A stretch of 64,000 nt of DNA, from assembly GCA_043812195.1 (NCBI GenBank), contig JBDRML010000029.1:1-64000 (forward strand), in the 5' to 3' direction. Positions 48,665 to 59,365 of this stretch are shown in pieces. The first letter of the stretch is position 1. The number at the start of each line of letters is the position of its first letter. Origin of the DNA: Candidatus Woesearchaeota archaeon (GTDB lineage Archaea; Nanobdellota; Nanobdellia; SCGC-AAA011-G17; PNOQ01). The position numbers and the translations under genes are program-made. The notes under the pieces were generated by a model. That model made no database searches and was not told where the DNA came from. It was given only the letters and a program-made list of their open reading frames with translations.

Positions 48665-50460
48665 TAGATGTATACCTAAACGATAAATTTATAGGAACTG
48701 TAGAAAACAAACAGTTTATTGAGGACTTCAAAATTAAGAGAAGAAAGGGAGAAATTAGTAAAGAATCTAATATAAATTACAATGAAGATCTCAATGAGAT
48801 TCATATTGATATAGATAAAGGAAGATGTAGAAGACCCTTAATCATAGTAGATAATGGAGTATCAAGACTAACAGATAAACACCTAGAATTAATAGAACAT
48901 GACAAATTAAAATGGGACGAGATGGTTGAACAAGGAATTATCGAATATTTAGATGCCTCTGAAGAAGAAAATGCTTATGTTGCGTTATATCCTGAAAATT
49001 TAACAAAAGAACATACTCATTTAGAAATAAGCCCTGTGACAATTTTAGGATTATGTACTTCATTAGTTCCATATTCAAACTTCGGAAGTTCATCAAGATT
49101 GATAAGAGGTTCAAAAATTCAGAAGCAATCTATAGGAATCTACTCTAAAAATTACCAAATAAGATTAGATACAGATGTAAGCACATCTTATTATCCACAA
49201 AGACCAATAGTTAAAACTTTCATGCATGATGTATTCAAATATGATGAATATCCTTCAGGACAAAATTTAACAATTGCAGTTATGAGTTATGAAGGTTACA
49301 ACATGCAAGACGCTATCATACTAAATAAAGGAAGTATTCAAAGAGGTCTAGCAAGATCAACATTCTATAAACCATATTCAATTGAAGAATTAAGATACTC
49401 GGGTGGATTAACAGATGAAATAAGCATACCTGACAAAGAAGTTAAAGGTTATAGATCAGAAAAAGATTATAGATTATTAGAAGAGGATGGTATAATTTAT
49501 CCAGGAGCATCAACAAAAGAAGAAGATGTAATCATAGGTAAAACAAGTCCACCAAGGTTCCTAAGCAGCTTAGAAGAATTCAGTGTTGCTGCAAGCACAA
49601 GAAGAGAAAGTTCTTCAGCATTAGGAGAAGGAGAATCTGGAATCATAGACACAATTATACTAACAGAAAATGAAGAAGGTAATAGATTAGTACAAGTAAA
49701 AATAAGAAAAGAAAGAATTCCTGAACTAGGAGATAAATTCGCATCAAGACATGGTCAAAAAGGTGTAATTGGTTTACTAGTACCACATTATGATATGCCC
49801 TACAGTTCATCTGGTATAGTTCCAGATCTAATTTTTTCGCCTCATAGTATACCAGGCAGAATGACAGTATCACACTTATTAGAAATATTAGCAGGCAAGG
49901 TTGGTGCAATAACAGGAAAATGTATAGATGCAACAGCATTTGATACACCACCAGAAGAAGACTTAAGAAAAACATTATCAGACGCAGGATTTAGAGAAGA
50001 TGGAACTGAAACATTTTATAATGGTATAACAGGACAAAGATTCAAAGCTAAAATCTACGTTGGTAACATTTATTATCTAAAACTTAAACACATGGCTGCA
50101 AACAAACTACATGCAAGAGCTTCTGGAAGAGTTCAATTATTAACAAGACAACCTGTAGAAGGTAGAGCAATGGGTGGAGGTTTAAGATTAGGAGAAATGG
50201 AAAAAGATTGTTTAGTAGCACATGGAACATCTTTATTACTTAAAGAAAGATTCGATTCAGATAAAACAATATTCCATATTTGTGAAAGCTGTGGTATGTT
50301 TGCAATGTATGATAATTACAAAAACAAAGCAACATGTTCAAGATGTGGAACAAATCCAAAAATAAGCACAGTAGAAATGAGCTACGCTTTCAAGTTACTA
50401 TTAGATGAAATAAGAGCTTTAGGAATAAATTCAAAAATAAACTTAAAAGATAAATTTTAA
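48661..50460 (+). CDS. rpoB1: RNA polymerase subunit B'
   Basis: GYNMQDA, GDKFASRHGQKG, GGLRLGEMEKD, C-terminal zinc ribbon. Confidence 0.97.
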   Translation: MIDVYLNDKFIGTVENKQFIEDFKIKRRKGEISKESNINYNEDLNEIHIDIDKGRCRRPLIIVDNGVSRLTDKHLELIEHDKLKWDEMVEQGIIEYLDASEEENAYVALYPENLTKEHTHLEISPVTILGLCTSLVPYSNFGSSSRLIRGSKIQKQSIGIYSKNYQIRLDTDVSTSYYPQRPIVKTFMHDVFKYDEYPSGQNLTIAVMSYEGYNMQDAIILNKGSIQRGLARSTFYKPYSIEELRYSGGLTDEISIPDKEVKGYRSEKDYRLLEEDGIIYPGASTKEEDVIIGKTSPPRFLSSLEEFSVAASTRRESSSALGEGESGIIDTIILTENEEGNRLVQVKIRKERIPELGDKFASRHGQKGVIGLLVPHYDMPYSSSGIVPDLIFSPHSIPGRMTVSHLLEILAGKVGAITGKCIDATAFDTPPEEDLRKTLSDAGFREDGTETFYNGITGQRFKAKIYVGNIYYLKLKHMAANKLHARASGRVQLLTRQPVEGRAMGGGLRLGEMEKDCLVAHGTSLLLKERFDSDKTIFHICESCGMFAMYDNYKNKATCSRCGTNPKISTVEMSYAFKLLLDEIRALGINSKINLKDKF

Positions 50461-50463
50461 AAA

Positions 50464-53040
50464 ATGAAAGAAGAACATGTAACAAAAAAGATAGATTCAA
50501 TTGATTTTGAAGTACTATCACCATCTGAAATTAAAAAAATAGCTGTAGCTAAAGTTGTTACTCCAGAACTTTATGATAGAGAAGGTTATCCAGTAGATGG
50601 TGGATTAATGGATATTAGAATGGGAGTTATCGACCCAGGTCTAAGATGTAAAACCTGTGGAGGAAAATTAAAAGAATGTATAGGCCATTTTGGATTTATA
50701 GATTTAGCAAGACCAGTTTATCATATTAAATACATAAGTCACATTTTAACACTATTAAGATCAACATGTAATTCTTGTGGAAAAATTTTAGCTTCTAAAG
50801 AAAAGATAGATGAACACTTAAAACTAAAAAAAATTCTAAGGAGAACTAAGAAAACAAGAGAATATAATAGAGAAATCAAACTATTTATCGATAGTATAAA
50901 AGGAACTAAAAAATGTCCACACTGTTTGATAAAACAAAAGAAAATAATGCTAGAAAAACCATCAACATTTCTAGAAGACAGCAAGAAAATCACACCAACA
51001 CAAGTAAGAGCAAGATTAGAAAAGATTCAAAATGAAGACTTAATAATCTTAAATATTAATCCAAAAGCATTCAGACCAGAATGGGTTGTATTAAATTTAC
51101 TTCCAGTTCCACCAGTAACAATCAGACCAAGTATCACACTAGAAAGTGGAGAAAGAAGTGAAGATGATCTAACTCACAAATTAAGTGATATAGTAAGAAT
51201 CAACCAAAGACTATTTGAAAATATAAATGCTGGGGCACCAGAAATAATTATAGAAGACCTTTGGGATCTATTACAATATCACATAACAACATTCTTTGAT
51301 AATGATATATCACAATTACCAACTGCAAGACATAGGTCAGGACAACCCCTAAAAACAATAACAGAAAGAATAAAAAGTAAAGAAGGAAGATTTAGACACA
51401 ATCTAGCAGGTAAAAGAGTAAACTTCTCATCAAGAGCTGTTATTAGTCCAGATCCTAAAATAAAATTCAATGAAGTTGGTATTCCATTAGAAGTTGCAAA
51501 AGAACTTACAATTCCAGAAAAGGTTACAGAATGGAATTTAGAATGGTTGACAGAACTTGTTAAGAAAGCTCCAGAAGAATATCCAACTGCAAACTATGTA
51601 ATAAGACCAGATGGAAAAAAGAAAAGAATTACAGATGAAACTAAAGAAGCACTTTTAGAAGAATTAGAACCCGGATATATAGTTGAAAGGCATATTATAG
51701 ATGGTGACATTTCAATTTTCAACAGACAGCCAAGTCTTCACAGAATGAGTATTATGTGTCATAGAATTAAAGTTTTACCTGGTAAAAGTTTCAGATTAAA
51801 TCCAGCAGTATGTACTCCTTATAACGCAGATTTCGATGGTGATGAAATGAATCTACACATCCCACAAACAGAAGAAGCAAGAGCAGAAGCAAAAATATTA
51901 ATGAGTGTCCAATATCATATTATTACTCCTAAAAATGGATTAAACGTAATTGGTTCAATTGAAGATGCAGTTTCAGGAACTTATCTATTAACTAAAGAAT
52001 TAGAATTTTCAAAACAAGAAGCCATTGCTTTACTAATATCTGCAGGAATCTCAAATAGAGAAGTTATGAATAAATTCAGTAATAATGTATCTGGCAAAGA
52101 AATATTCAGTGCACTTTTACCTAATGATTTCAATTTCATAGCACAATCAAAAGATGGAAGCCCAGTTAAAATTAAAAATGGTAGATTAATAGAAGGTATA
52201 ATAGACAAAGCCACAATAGGTGAAGATAACGGTTCTTTAATAAGAGCAATATATGCAAAGTATAATGAAGATGTTGGTATTGAATTATTAAGTAAAATTT
52301 TAAAATTAGGAATTGCAGTTTTACTAAAAACTGGATTTACAACAGGAATCTCAGACAGTGATATTCCAGAACATATTAAGAAAAAAAACAAAGAACTAAT
52401 TCAAGAAGCAAGAGATAAAGTAGACCAATTAATAATCCAATATAATAATGGAAAATTAGAAACCTTGCCTGGAAATACTCTAACAGAAACATTAGAAATA
52501 AAAATTTCTGAAGTTCTGAACAAAGTAAGAGATAAAATAAGCAATCATGTTGCACAAACTATAGACAAAAGCAATCACACAATAATTATGGCAGAATCAG
52601 GAGCAAAAGGTAGCTTACTAAACCTAGCTATGATGGCTGCTTGTGTAGGCCAGCAAGCCATAGGTGGAAGAAGAATAAGAGAAGGTTACAATAAAAGAAC
52701 ATTATCAATGTTTAAGAAAAATGAATTGAGCCCAGAGTCTGGTGGATTTGTAGAAGTTGGATATAAACAAGGTCTAAATCCTTCAGGATATTTTTTCAGT
52801 GCTATGACTGGTAGGGATGGATTAATGGATACTGCTTTAAGAACTCCAAAATCTGGATACTTTTATAGAAGAATGTCTAGTGCTCTACAAGATCTAAAAA
52901 TAGAGTACGATCAAACCGTAAGAGATGCAGAAAAGAGAATAGTACAATTCAAATATGGAGAAGATGGAATAGATGTTTCAAAGAGTGACGGTGGTACAAT
53001 CAACGTTAAAAAAATCATAAAGCAAATAAGAGGAAAATAA
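50464..53040 (+). CDS. rpoA1: RNA polymerase subunit A'
   Basis: Catalytic YNADFDGDEMN motif, FNRQPSLH. Confidence 0.98.
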   Translation: MKEEHVTKKIDSIDFEVLSPSEIKKIAVAKVVTPELYDREGYPVDGGLMDIRMGVIDPGLRCKTCGGKLKECIGHFGFIDLARPVYHIKYISHILTLLRSTCNSCGKILASKEKIDEHLKLKKILRRTKKTREYNREIKLFIDSIKGTKKCPHCLIKQKKIMLEKPSTFLEDSKKITPTQVRARLEKIQNEDLIILNINPKAFRPEWVVLNLLPVPPVTIRPSITLESGERSEDDLTHKLSDIVRINQRLFENINAGAPEIIIEDLWDLLQYHITTFFDNDISQLPTARHRSGQPLKTITERIKSKEGRFRHNLAGKRVNFSSRAVISPDPKIKFNEVGIPLEVAKELTIPEKVTEWNLEWLTELVKKAPEEYPTANYVIRPDGKKKRITDETKEALLEELEPGYIVERHIIDGDISIFNRQPSLHRMSIMCHRIKVLPGKSFRLNPAVCTPYNADFDGDEMNLHIPQTEEARAEAKILMSVQYHIITPKNGLNVIGSIEDAVSGTYLLTKELEFSKQEAIALLISAGISNREVMNKFSNNVSGKEIFSALLPNDFNFIAQSKDGSPVKIKNGRLIEGIIDKATIGEDNGSLIRAIYAKYNEDVGIELLSKILKLGIAVLLKTGFTTGISDSDIPEHIKKKNKELIQEARDKVDQLIIQYNNGKLETLPGNTLTETLEIKISEVLNKVRDKISNHVAQTIDKSNHTIIMAESGAKGSLLNLAMMAACVGQQAIGGRRIREGYNKRTLSMFKKNELSPESGGFVEVGYKQGLNPSGYFFSAMTGRDGLMDTALRTPKSGYFYRRMSSALQDLKIEYDQTVRDAEKRIVQFKYGEDGIDVSKSDGGTINVKKIIKQIRGK

Positions 53041-53041
53041 A

Positions 53042-54196
53042 ATGGCAAATATATTCGAAAAAAACAAAGAAAATTTACCAAGCGCAATCTTAGATAATAT
53101 AAAGAAAGAAAGCGAAGAACAAAAACTATCCCAATCAGAATTATCAAAATTAATAGATCAATCAATTGAAGAATATAGAGAAGCATTAATTAGCCCCGGA
53201 GAAGCAATTGGAATTATAACAGCAGAAAGCATTGGTGAACCAAGTACCCAAATGGCCCTGGATGTATTCCATCTTGCAGGAGTTGCAGAAGTACAAGTTA
53301 CAAGAGGCCTGCCAAGACTTATAGAAATCTTTGATGCTAGGAAAGAAACAAGCACACCATCCATGACTATAGCAATAAAACCAGAATATACAAAAGACGA
53401 AAAAACAATAAAAAGAGTTGCTTCGCACATAAAAGAAATGACACTAAAAGAAATAACAGAAGAATTCGCAATCAACGCATTAAAGGGATGTATAGAAGTA
53501 ACACTAGACAATTCAAAGATGAAATTATTTGGTTTTACAATTAAACAAGTAGCAGATACACTAAAAGAAAACTTAAAAACATTAAACATAAAAGAAACTA
53601 AAAAAGGTTTGATAATAGAACCCCCATCAGAAAATCAAAATATTATAGAATTATATAAAGTAAAAGTAAAAGTAAAAGATTCAAAAATAAGAGGAATAGA
53701 AGGGATTACACAAGTATTGCCAATTAAAAAATTAGGAAAATATATAATTTTATGTGCTGGTTCAAATTTAAAAGAAGTTCTTAATATGAAAGAAGTAGAT
53801 GCAAAAAATACTACTACAAATAATATTTTCGAAATATCTAAAGTATTAGGTATAGAAGCTGCAAGGCAAGCAATAATAAATGAAGCCGTAGCTGTTCTAG
53901 AACATCAAGGATTAGATATTGATATAAGACATATGATGCTTTTAGCAGACATAATGACACACACAGGAGCAATTAAAGGGGTAACAAGAGGAGGAATTAC
54001 AGGAGAAAAGCAAAGTGTTTTTGCAAGAGCAAGTTTTGAAACTCCAATCGATCAATTTATAAAAGCAAGTATGGAAGGAGAAAGAGACCATCTAAGAAGT
54101 GTTATTGAAAACGTTATTGTCAATCAACCAATCCCATTGGGTACAGGATTACCTGGTTTAGTAACAAAAATGAAAAAGAAAGGCGCAAAAAAATGA
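53042..54196 (+). CDS. rpoA2: RNA polymerase subunit A''
   Basis: PGEAIGIITAESIGEPSTQM, GLPRLIE, ARASFE, PLGTG. Confidence 0.97.
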   Translation: MANIFEKNKENLPSAILDNIKKESEEQKLSQSELSKLIDQSIEEYREALISPGEAIGIITAESIGEPSTQMALDVFHLAGVAEVQVTRGLPRLIEIFDARKETSTPSMTIAIKPEYTKDEKTIKRVASHIKEMTLKEITEEFAINALKGCIEVTLDNSKMKLFGFTIKQVADTLKENLKTLNIKETKKGLIIEPPSENQNIIELYKVKVKVKDSKIRGIEGITQVLPIKKLGKYIILCAGSNLKEVLNMKEVDAKNTTTNNIFEISKVLGIEAARQAIINEAVAVLEHQGLDIDIRHMMLLADIMTHTGAIKGVTRGGITGEKQSVFARASFETPIDQFIKASMEGERDHLRSVIENVIVNQPIPLGTGLPGLVTKMKKKGAKK

Positions 54197-54447
54197 CAAT
54201 AAAAGAATTAAAAGCAGCAATAAAGGAAAATAAAGTAATCATGGGAACTGAAAGAACAATAAAAGACATTAAAAGGGGAAAGCCAAAAGAAGTCTTCATA
54301 GCAAAAAATTGTCAAGAAGATTTAAAAAAGCAGATCAAACACTATTGCAAGTTATCAAAGATAACATTGACAGAACTAGATGAAACAAATGAAGAACTAG
54401 GAACTTTATGTAAAAAACCTTTTTCTATAAATATGTGCTATTGTTAA
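54193..54447 (+). CDS. rpl30e: 50S ribosomal protein L30e
   Basis: ELGTLCKKPF motif; position after rpoA2. Confidence 0.92.
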   Translation: MTIKELKAAIKENKVIMGTERTIKDIKRGKPKEVFIAKNCQEDLKKQIKHYCKLSKITLTELDETNEELGTLCKKPFSINMCYC

Positions 54448-54448
54448 A

Positions 54449-54859
54449 ATGAAATATGATTTAGAAACAATTCAATTCATAAATCTTTTTGAGAAAAAAA
54501 CTCAGACTAATGTTAAAGATTGCTTTTTTGAAAATGGATTATTAATTTTTATAGTAATGCCAGGTCAAGCAAGCAAAGCAGTTGGAAAACAAGGTATTAA
54601 CGTTAAACAACTAGCAAGTTTAATAAATAAAAAAATAAAAATAGTAGAATTCAATGAAAATCCTATCAGATTCATAAAAAGTTATATAGCTCCAATTACA
54701 GCAGAAGATATAACAGCAGAAAATGATGTAATTTTTATAAAAGCAAGCTCAACTAAAGATAAAGGTATGTTAATTGGTAGAGATGCTAACAGATTAAATC
54801 ATCTTAAAAAAATAACACAAAAATACTATCCAAATGTAAAAGACATCAAGATAGTTTAA
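54449..54859 (+). CDS. nusA: archaeal NusA
   Basis: KH motifs AVGKQGINV and LIGRD; operon position. Confidence 0.92.
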   Translation: MKYDLETIQFINLFEKKTQTNVKDCFFENGLLIFIVMPGQASKAVGKQGINVKQLASLINKKIKIVEFNENPIRFIKSYIAPITAEDITAENDVIFIKASSTKDKGMLIGRDANRLNHLKKITQKYYPNVKDIKIV

Positions 54860-54929
54860 TTTATAACCAGATATTCAATAAATCAAACAAAAACTTTATA
54901 AACCGCCCTACTTCTCGAAATCATAGAAA

Positions 54930-55367
54930 ATGGCTAAAAAAAGCAAAGGACTAAACGCTGGAAAGAAACTTCTGAAAAGGAGAAAACAATCCAGATGGCA
55001 AGATCAATATTATATTAGAAAAAAATTAGGTCTTAAAAAGAAATCAGATCCTCTTAAAGCTAGTCCTCAAGCTAAAGCAATAGTTTTAGAAAAAGTAGAA
55101 AAAGAAGCTAAACAACCAAATTCAGCACTGAGAAAGTGTGTAAAATGCCAATTAGTTAAAAATGCTAAGAAAGTTACAGCTTTCGTTCCAGGATATAACG
55201 CTATTAAAATGATTGATGAACACGATGAAGTAATTATAGAATGTATCGGTGGATCAAAAGGAAGATCAAAAGGAGATATTCCTTCCATTAGATGGCAAGT
55301 TATAAAAGTTAATGATCAAAGTCTTAATGCTTTAATAAGAGGTAAGATAGAGAAGGGTAGAAGATGA
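54930..55367 (+). CDS. rps12: 30S ribosomal protein S12
   Basis: [23 protein letters not shown]. Confidence 0.97.
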   Translation: MAKKSKGLNAGKKLLKRRKQSRWQDQYYIRKKLGLKKKSDPLKASPQAKAIVLEKVEKEAKQPNSALRKCVKCQLVKNAKKVTAFVPGYNAIKMIDEHDEVIIECIGGSKGRSKGDIPSIRWQVIKVNDQSLNALIRGKIEKGRR

Positions 55368-55963
55368 TAAAATTATTCGACAAATGGGATATTTCAGGTA
55401 TAAAAGTAAAAGAAATAGCTCTAGAACCCTACATAAATCTTACACCAGTTTTAGTTCCAAGAACTGCAGGTAGAGCAGCTCAAGGTCAGAGAATCTGGAT
55501 ACAGAAAAATAACATTGTTGAAAGATTAATAAATAAATTAATGGTTCCAGGTCATAAAGGTAAGAAACATAAAATAAGTTCTGGACATTGCTCAGGAAAA
55601 GCTTCAACAACATATAAAATAGCAAAAGAAGCTTTGGAAATCATAGAAAAAGAAACTAAACAAAACCCAGTAGAAGTTTTCGTAAGAGCTATAGAAAACG
55701 CAGCTCCTAGAGAAGAAGTTGCAAGTATTGAATATGGTGGAGCAAGATATTCAAAAGCAGTTGAAGTAGCTCCTCAAAGAAGAGTAGACATAACTTTAAA
55801 ATTAATGGTTCAAGGTGCATATCAAAAAGCATTTAATTCTAAGAAAAAAATGGCAAGAGCTTTAGCAGAAGAAATTTTAGCTGCATATAAATTAGATCAA
55901 CAGGGTAGTGCTGCATTAGGTAAGAAATTAGAACTTGAAAGACAAGCAGACTCAAGTAGATAA
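55364..55963 (+). CDS. rps7: 30S ribosomal protein S7
   Basis: [37 protein letters not shown]. Confidence 0.97.
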   Translation: MIKLFDKWDISGIKVKEIALEPYINLTPVLVPRTAGRAAQGQRIWIQKNNIVERLINKLMVPGHKGKKHKISSGHCSGKASTTYKIAKEALEIIEKETKQNPVEVFVRAIENAAPREEVASIEYGGARYSKAVEVAPQRRVDITLKLMVQGAYQKAFNSKKKMARALAEEILAAYKLDQQGSAALGKKLELERQADSSR

Positions 55964-56231
55964 AATTAATTTTTTTCTAAGAACTTATCAATATAATACA
56001 TTATTTTTTCTTTCATTTTAGAATTTACTGAGATTTCTTCTCCATAATGTGTTGGTTTACTAAACAATATATTTTCTTTTTTTAATTCTTCAGCCATCGT
56101 TTTAACTCTTTTTCTAATATCTAAAGGAAATCCCTTTGGTAGATTATCTATAGATGTATGTCTATGTTTAAATTTTCCTAAACGAGTTAATTTATGTAAA
56201 ACTTGCCTTTTATTTCTTCATCTGTCCACAT
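55953..56231 (-). pseudogene. frameshifted small basic protein, putative partner of the adjacent HTH protein
   Basis: MWTDEEIKGK, then a 1-nt frameshift into LHKLTRLGKFKHRHTSIDNLPKGFP...SKPTHYGEEISVN; not in the ORF track. Confidence 0.65.
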
Positions 56232-56282
56232 AAACAGACTTTGAATAAGTTTTATATACTTTTTTAAACTATAAAGTATACT

Positions 56283-56600
56283 ATGGAAAAATCATTATTG
56301 ATAAAATTCTTAGGAGAAAACCCACTATTTGAAATTATAGATTTTTTAATAGAAAATAAGGGTATGGATGTAACTAAAAAAGATATTATTGAAGGAGCAA
56401 GTATTTCAAGAGCATCTTTATTTAAGTATTGGAATCAAATTGAAGAACAAGAAATAGTAAAGATTACAAGACAATTTGGAAAAACAAAACTTTATACTTT
56501 GAATTCAGGAAACCCAATAGTTAAAAAATTACTTGAGTTGGAAAGTATTTTAATAGAAAAGGCTTTAAATAAGCATAAATTAGTTGAAGTTACAACTTAA
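56283..56600 (+). CDS. winged helix-turn-helix protein
   Basis: IIDFLIE...TKKDIIEGASISRASLF...TRQFGKTKLYTLN. Confidence 0.8.
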   Translation: MEKSLLIKFLGENPLFEIIDFLIENKGMDVTKKDIIEGASISRASLFKYWNQIEEQEIVKITRQFGKTKLYTLNSGNPIVKKLLELESILIEKALNKHKLVEVTT

Positions 56601-56725
56601 AACAATATAAAAAATTAGAACTTGAAAGACAAGCAGACTCAACCAAGTAAGAATATATCAAAAATTATTTATTACAGAAAATTCTAAACAATAACTTATT
56701 TAAACCAATAGACTAAAATAAATTT

Positions 56726-58120
56726 ATGAATAAAAGAGGAATTTCGCCACTGATTGCGACTGTCCTAATTATTGGTTTCACAATAGTATTAGCAGTTTTA
56801 GTAATTGTATGGTTATCTGGAGTATTTGAAGGAGAACTAGATAAATCACAATGTGGAATTAAAGGACAAGATTTTTGTGCAAGCCTTAGTGGTATCGGCG
56901 GACTATTAGACGTGACAGCAACACAAGCAGGTACTGATGCTGCTGTTGATATAACAGCTGTTTGGGCAGGAGACATAGCAGAAGCTCCAGATCTAAGAAT
57001 ATCTGTAATGGATAACACAGGAAATGTTGTTACAATAGTAAATATCGGTCCAGACACTACTGATGATGCAAATTATAATGCAAATGGAATAGCTACATAC
57101 CAAATACCAACATTCACTGGAACAGCAGAAAATGCAAAAGTAAGAGCATTACATACCCCAGATGTTTCAGGCGTTGTATGTGAAGAAATGATGTGTACAC
57201 CAATCACAGAATCTGTAAAGCAAGGAGAAGTAGTAACTCCACCTCCAGGAGTTCCCCCAACCATAATTCACACAGCAATAACAGAAACAATGGAAGGCAC
57301 AACAGATTTAACAATTACAGCAGAAATTACAGATGATGGAACGGTTTCATCAGCTACACTTTATTATGGAGACAGATCAGGAGATCCAACTTCTCAAATT
57401 CCTATGATTCCTGTAGTAGGAGAAGAAGATGATTGGCAAACACAAACCCCAATACCCTCGGGAGAAGTATCCTATGAATATGGTCTACAATATTATATAT
57501 ACGCTGAAGATGATGAAGAAAATGGAGCCAGAACAGAGGGTACATATCAAGTTAATGTTATGACAGAAGCTCAAATAACACCAATTATAGATAAAGACGT
57601 ATATTGGTATACTGGTAATAATTATGGTATTACTGACGATCCTTTAAGATTGCGTTTTGGATTTAGACTTAGTGGAAGTTTAGACTTCATATATAGATCC
57701 TTCATAGACTTTGATACATCGGGAATCCCAGAAGAAAATGAGATCAATAATATAAAACTTAAGATTTATTCACTTGAATATCATCATTTAGATCAAGGTT
57801 TATTTATCATAAGATTCTCGGACGATACAAAAGGAAATGATTACACTTCAAATCAACTACTTTATGAAGATATTGGTAACGGAGATGATTATTATGTAAA
57901 TAACCCCCCATTTTATTTTCAAAGCACAATGGACTATCCTGAAATAGATTTAGGAGGATCAGCAGTTAATGATATTGATACATTACATCCTTCTTGGTTT
58001 AGTGTTGGTCTATTAGCATATGATGAGAGCACTATTGAAGATAATTACGGGGCTATTGCACCAATGGGGTCAGCATACCCTCCAACTTTAATAGTAAATC
58101 ACTATAAATTATTCTCTTAA
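56726..58120 (+). CDS. large type IV pilin-like protein (class III signal peptide) with added extracellular domains
   Basis: KRG^ISPLIATVLIIGFTIVLAVLV; PPTIIH...YYIYAED Ig-like module; YRSFIDFDTSGIPE motif. Confidence 0.8.
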   Translation: MNKRGISPLIATVLIIGFTIVLAVLVIVWLSGVFEGELDKSQCGIKGQDFCASLSGIGGLLDVTATQAGTDAAVDITAVWAGDIAEAPDLRISVMDNTGNVVTIVNIGPDTTDDANYNANGIATYQIPTFTGTAENAKVRALHTPDVSGVVCEEMMCTPITESVKQGEVVTPPPGVPPTIIHTAITETMEGTTDLTITAEITDDGTVSSATLYYGDRSGDPTSQIPMIPVVGEEDDWQTQTPIPSGEVSYEYGLQYYIYAEDDEENGARTEGTYQVNVMTEAQITPIIDKDVYWYTGNNYGITDDPLRLRFGFRLSGSLDFIYRSFIDFDTSGIPEENEINNIKLKIYSLEYHHLDQGLFIIRFSDDTKGNDYTSNQLLYEDIGNGDDYYVNNPPFYFQSTMDYPEIDLGGSAVNDIDTLHPSWFSVGLLAYDESTIEDNYGAIAPMGSAYPPTLIVNHYKLFS

Positions 58121-58692
58121 ATATATCCATAACCCAAAACTAAAAGTATCACACTAATTCCCAAAGCAACAAAATAAATAGCTTTATTCCATCTCAAAAC
58201 TTTCGCACCATCAAAATTCCATACAGGTATTAAATTAAAAGCAGCTATTAAACTATTAATAAAAAATCCAATTGTAGTAAATATATTAACAAACCCAATT
58301 AAGATAGCACCAAAAAATCCTAAAGCTAAAACAATATTCACAATAGGACCAGCAATACTTATTTTTCCATTTCTTTCAGTATCAACCCAACCTCTAATCA
58401 TCACAGCTCCAGGTGCAGCAAATATAAAACCAAAAAAACTCATAGCAATAGCTAATAATAACATTTTATTAGAAGCCCTAAACTCAGCATAGCAACGATA
58501 TTTTTGAGCAACATATTTATGGGCTATTTCATGCAATAAAAATCCAATTCCCACTGTAAAAGCAGAAACCAAAAGCATAATCAAAAACCCAGAAGACATA
58601 AAATTACCATTACTTAATAAGATACCAAAAGCTAAAGAAATCGCTATCCAAGCTCTAAATAAATGCTTTTTTTCTATATCACTAAATTTCAT
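58117..58692 (-). CDS. site-2 protease (M50) family membrane metalloprotease
   Basis: HEIAH, SIAGP, FNLIPVWNFDG. Confidence 0.92.
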   Translation of the reverse strand: MKFSDIEKKHLFRAWIAISLAFGILLSNGNFMSSGFLIMLLVSAFTVGIGFLLHEIAHKYVAQKYRCYAEFRASNKMLLLAIAMSFFGFIFAAPGAVMIRGWVDTERNGKISIAGPIVNIVLALGFFGAILIGFVNIFTTIGFFINSLIAAFNLIPVWNFDGAKVLRWNKAIYFVALGISVILLVLGYGYI

Positions 58693-58732
58693 ATTTATTC
58701 AAAACTCTGAAGCACTTATAAAACTTATTAAT

Positions 58733-59200
58733 TTAAAAAAATTCTAATACTTTCCCTGAAAAGAGATAATCATCAACAAAACCCATTTGATTTATAATCA
58801 TAGTAGTCATGTTAGATGAATTTACTATATCAATTAATTTTCGCCTGTCATCTTCTCTCGCATTATCAAATCTTATTTTTCTAAAAAACTTGATCATACC
58901 ATGTGCAGAATCACAAAGTTCAATTATTAGATTGGATTCGGGAATGTATCCTTTAATATATTCCAGCAGCTTTCCTGCTTCAATTTCGTTTTTCACAAGC
59001 CTAAATGAACCGTATTCGAGAGGTACCCATTCAGCACCTTCAGCAGCACGATCTACGCTTTCAATTACACGTTGCATAGCTAAATTATATCTCCTTCTTG
59101 AATATTCATGAATTTTATCTTTATTTAATATGCCTTCTCCGACACAACCACCACTACAAAGTCCAAAATATAATTTTAATTCAGCATATCTTTCCAACAT
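58733..59200 (-). CDS. hypothetical protein
   Basis: 155-aa ORF with a TTTATAAA box upstream. Confidence 0.5.
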   Translation of the reverse strand: MLERYAELKLYFGLCSGGCVGEGILNKDKIHEYSRRRYNLAMQRVIESVDRAAEGAEWVPLEYGSFRLVKNEIEAGKLLEYIKGYIPESNLIIELCDSAHGMIKFFRKIRFDNAREDDRRKLIDIVNSSNMTTMIINQMGFVDDYLFSGKVLEFF

Positions 59201-59365
59201 TTTACAAAAAGCAGTTTAGTTTCATTTATAAAATTTCTTAATATAATTTAAATACTATCTTTTCCTGATATTCTAGTTCTTGTGGGATTTCATATGACAT
59301 TTTAGGGACCTCCACTAGATTTTAAAAAAAGTAAGTTTTAAAAATAAACTAATAAATTGGTTAAT

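Larger units (their letters stand above)
55925..56642. repeat. 31-bp direct repeat of the rps7 3' end flanking a two-gene module
   Basis: AAATTAGAACTTGAAAGACAAGCAGACTCAA at 55925-55955 and 56612-56642. Confidence 0.92.

Noticed and set aside
59272-59318. Weak GC-richer palindromic patch upstream of the phosphatase-kinase gene
   Set aside because: Pairing is short and imperfect and matches no RNA motif I recognise.
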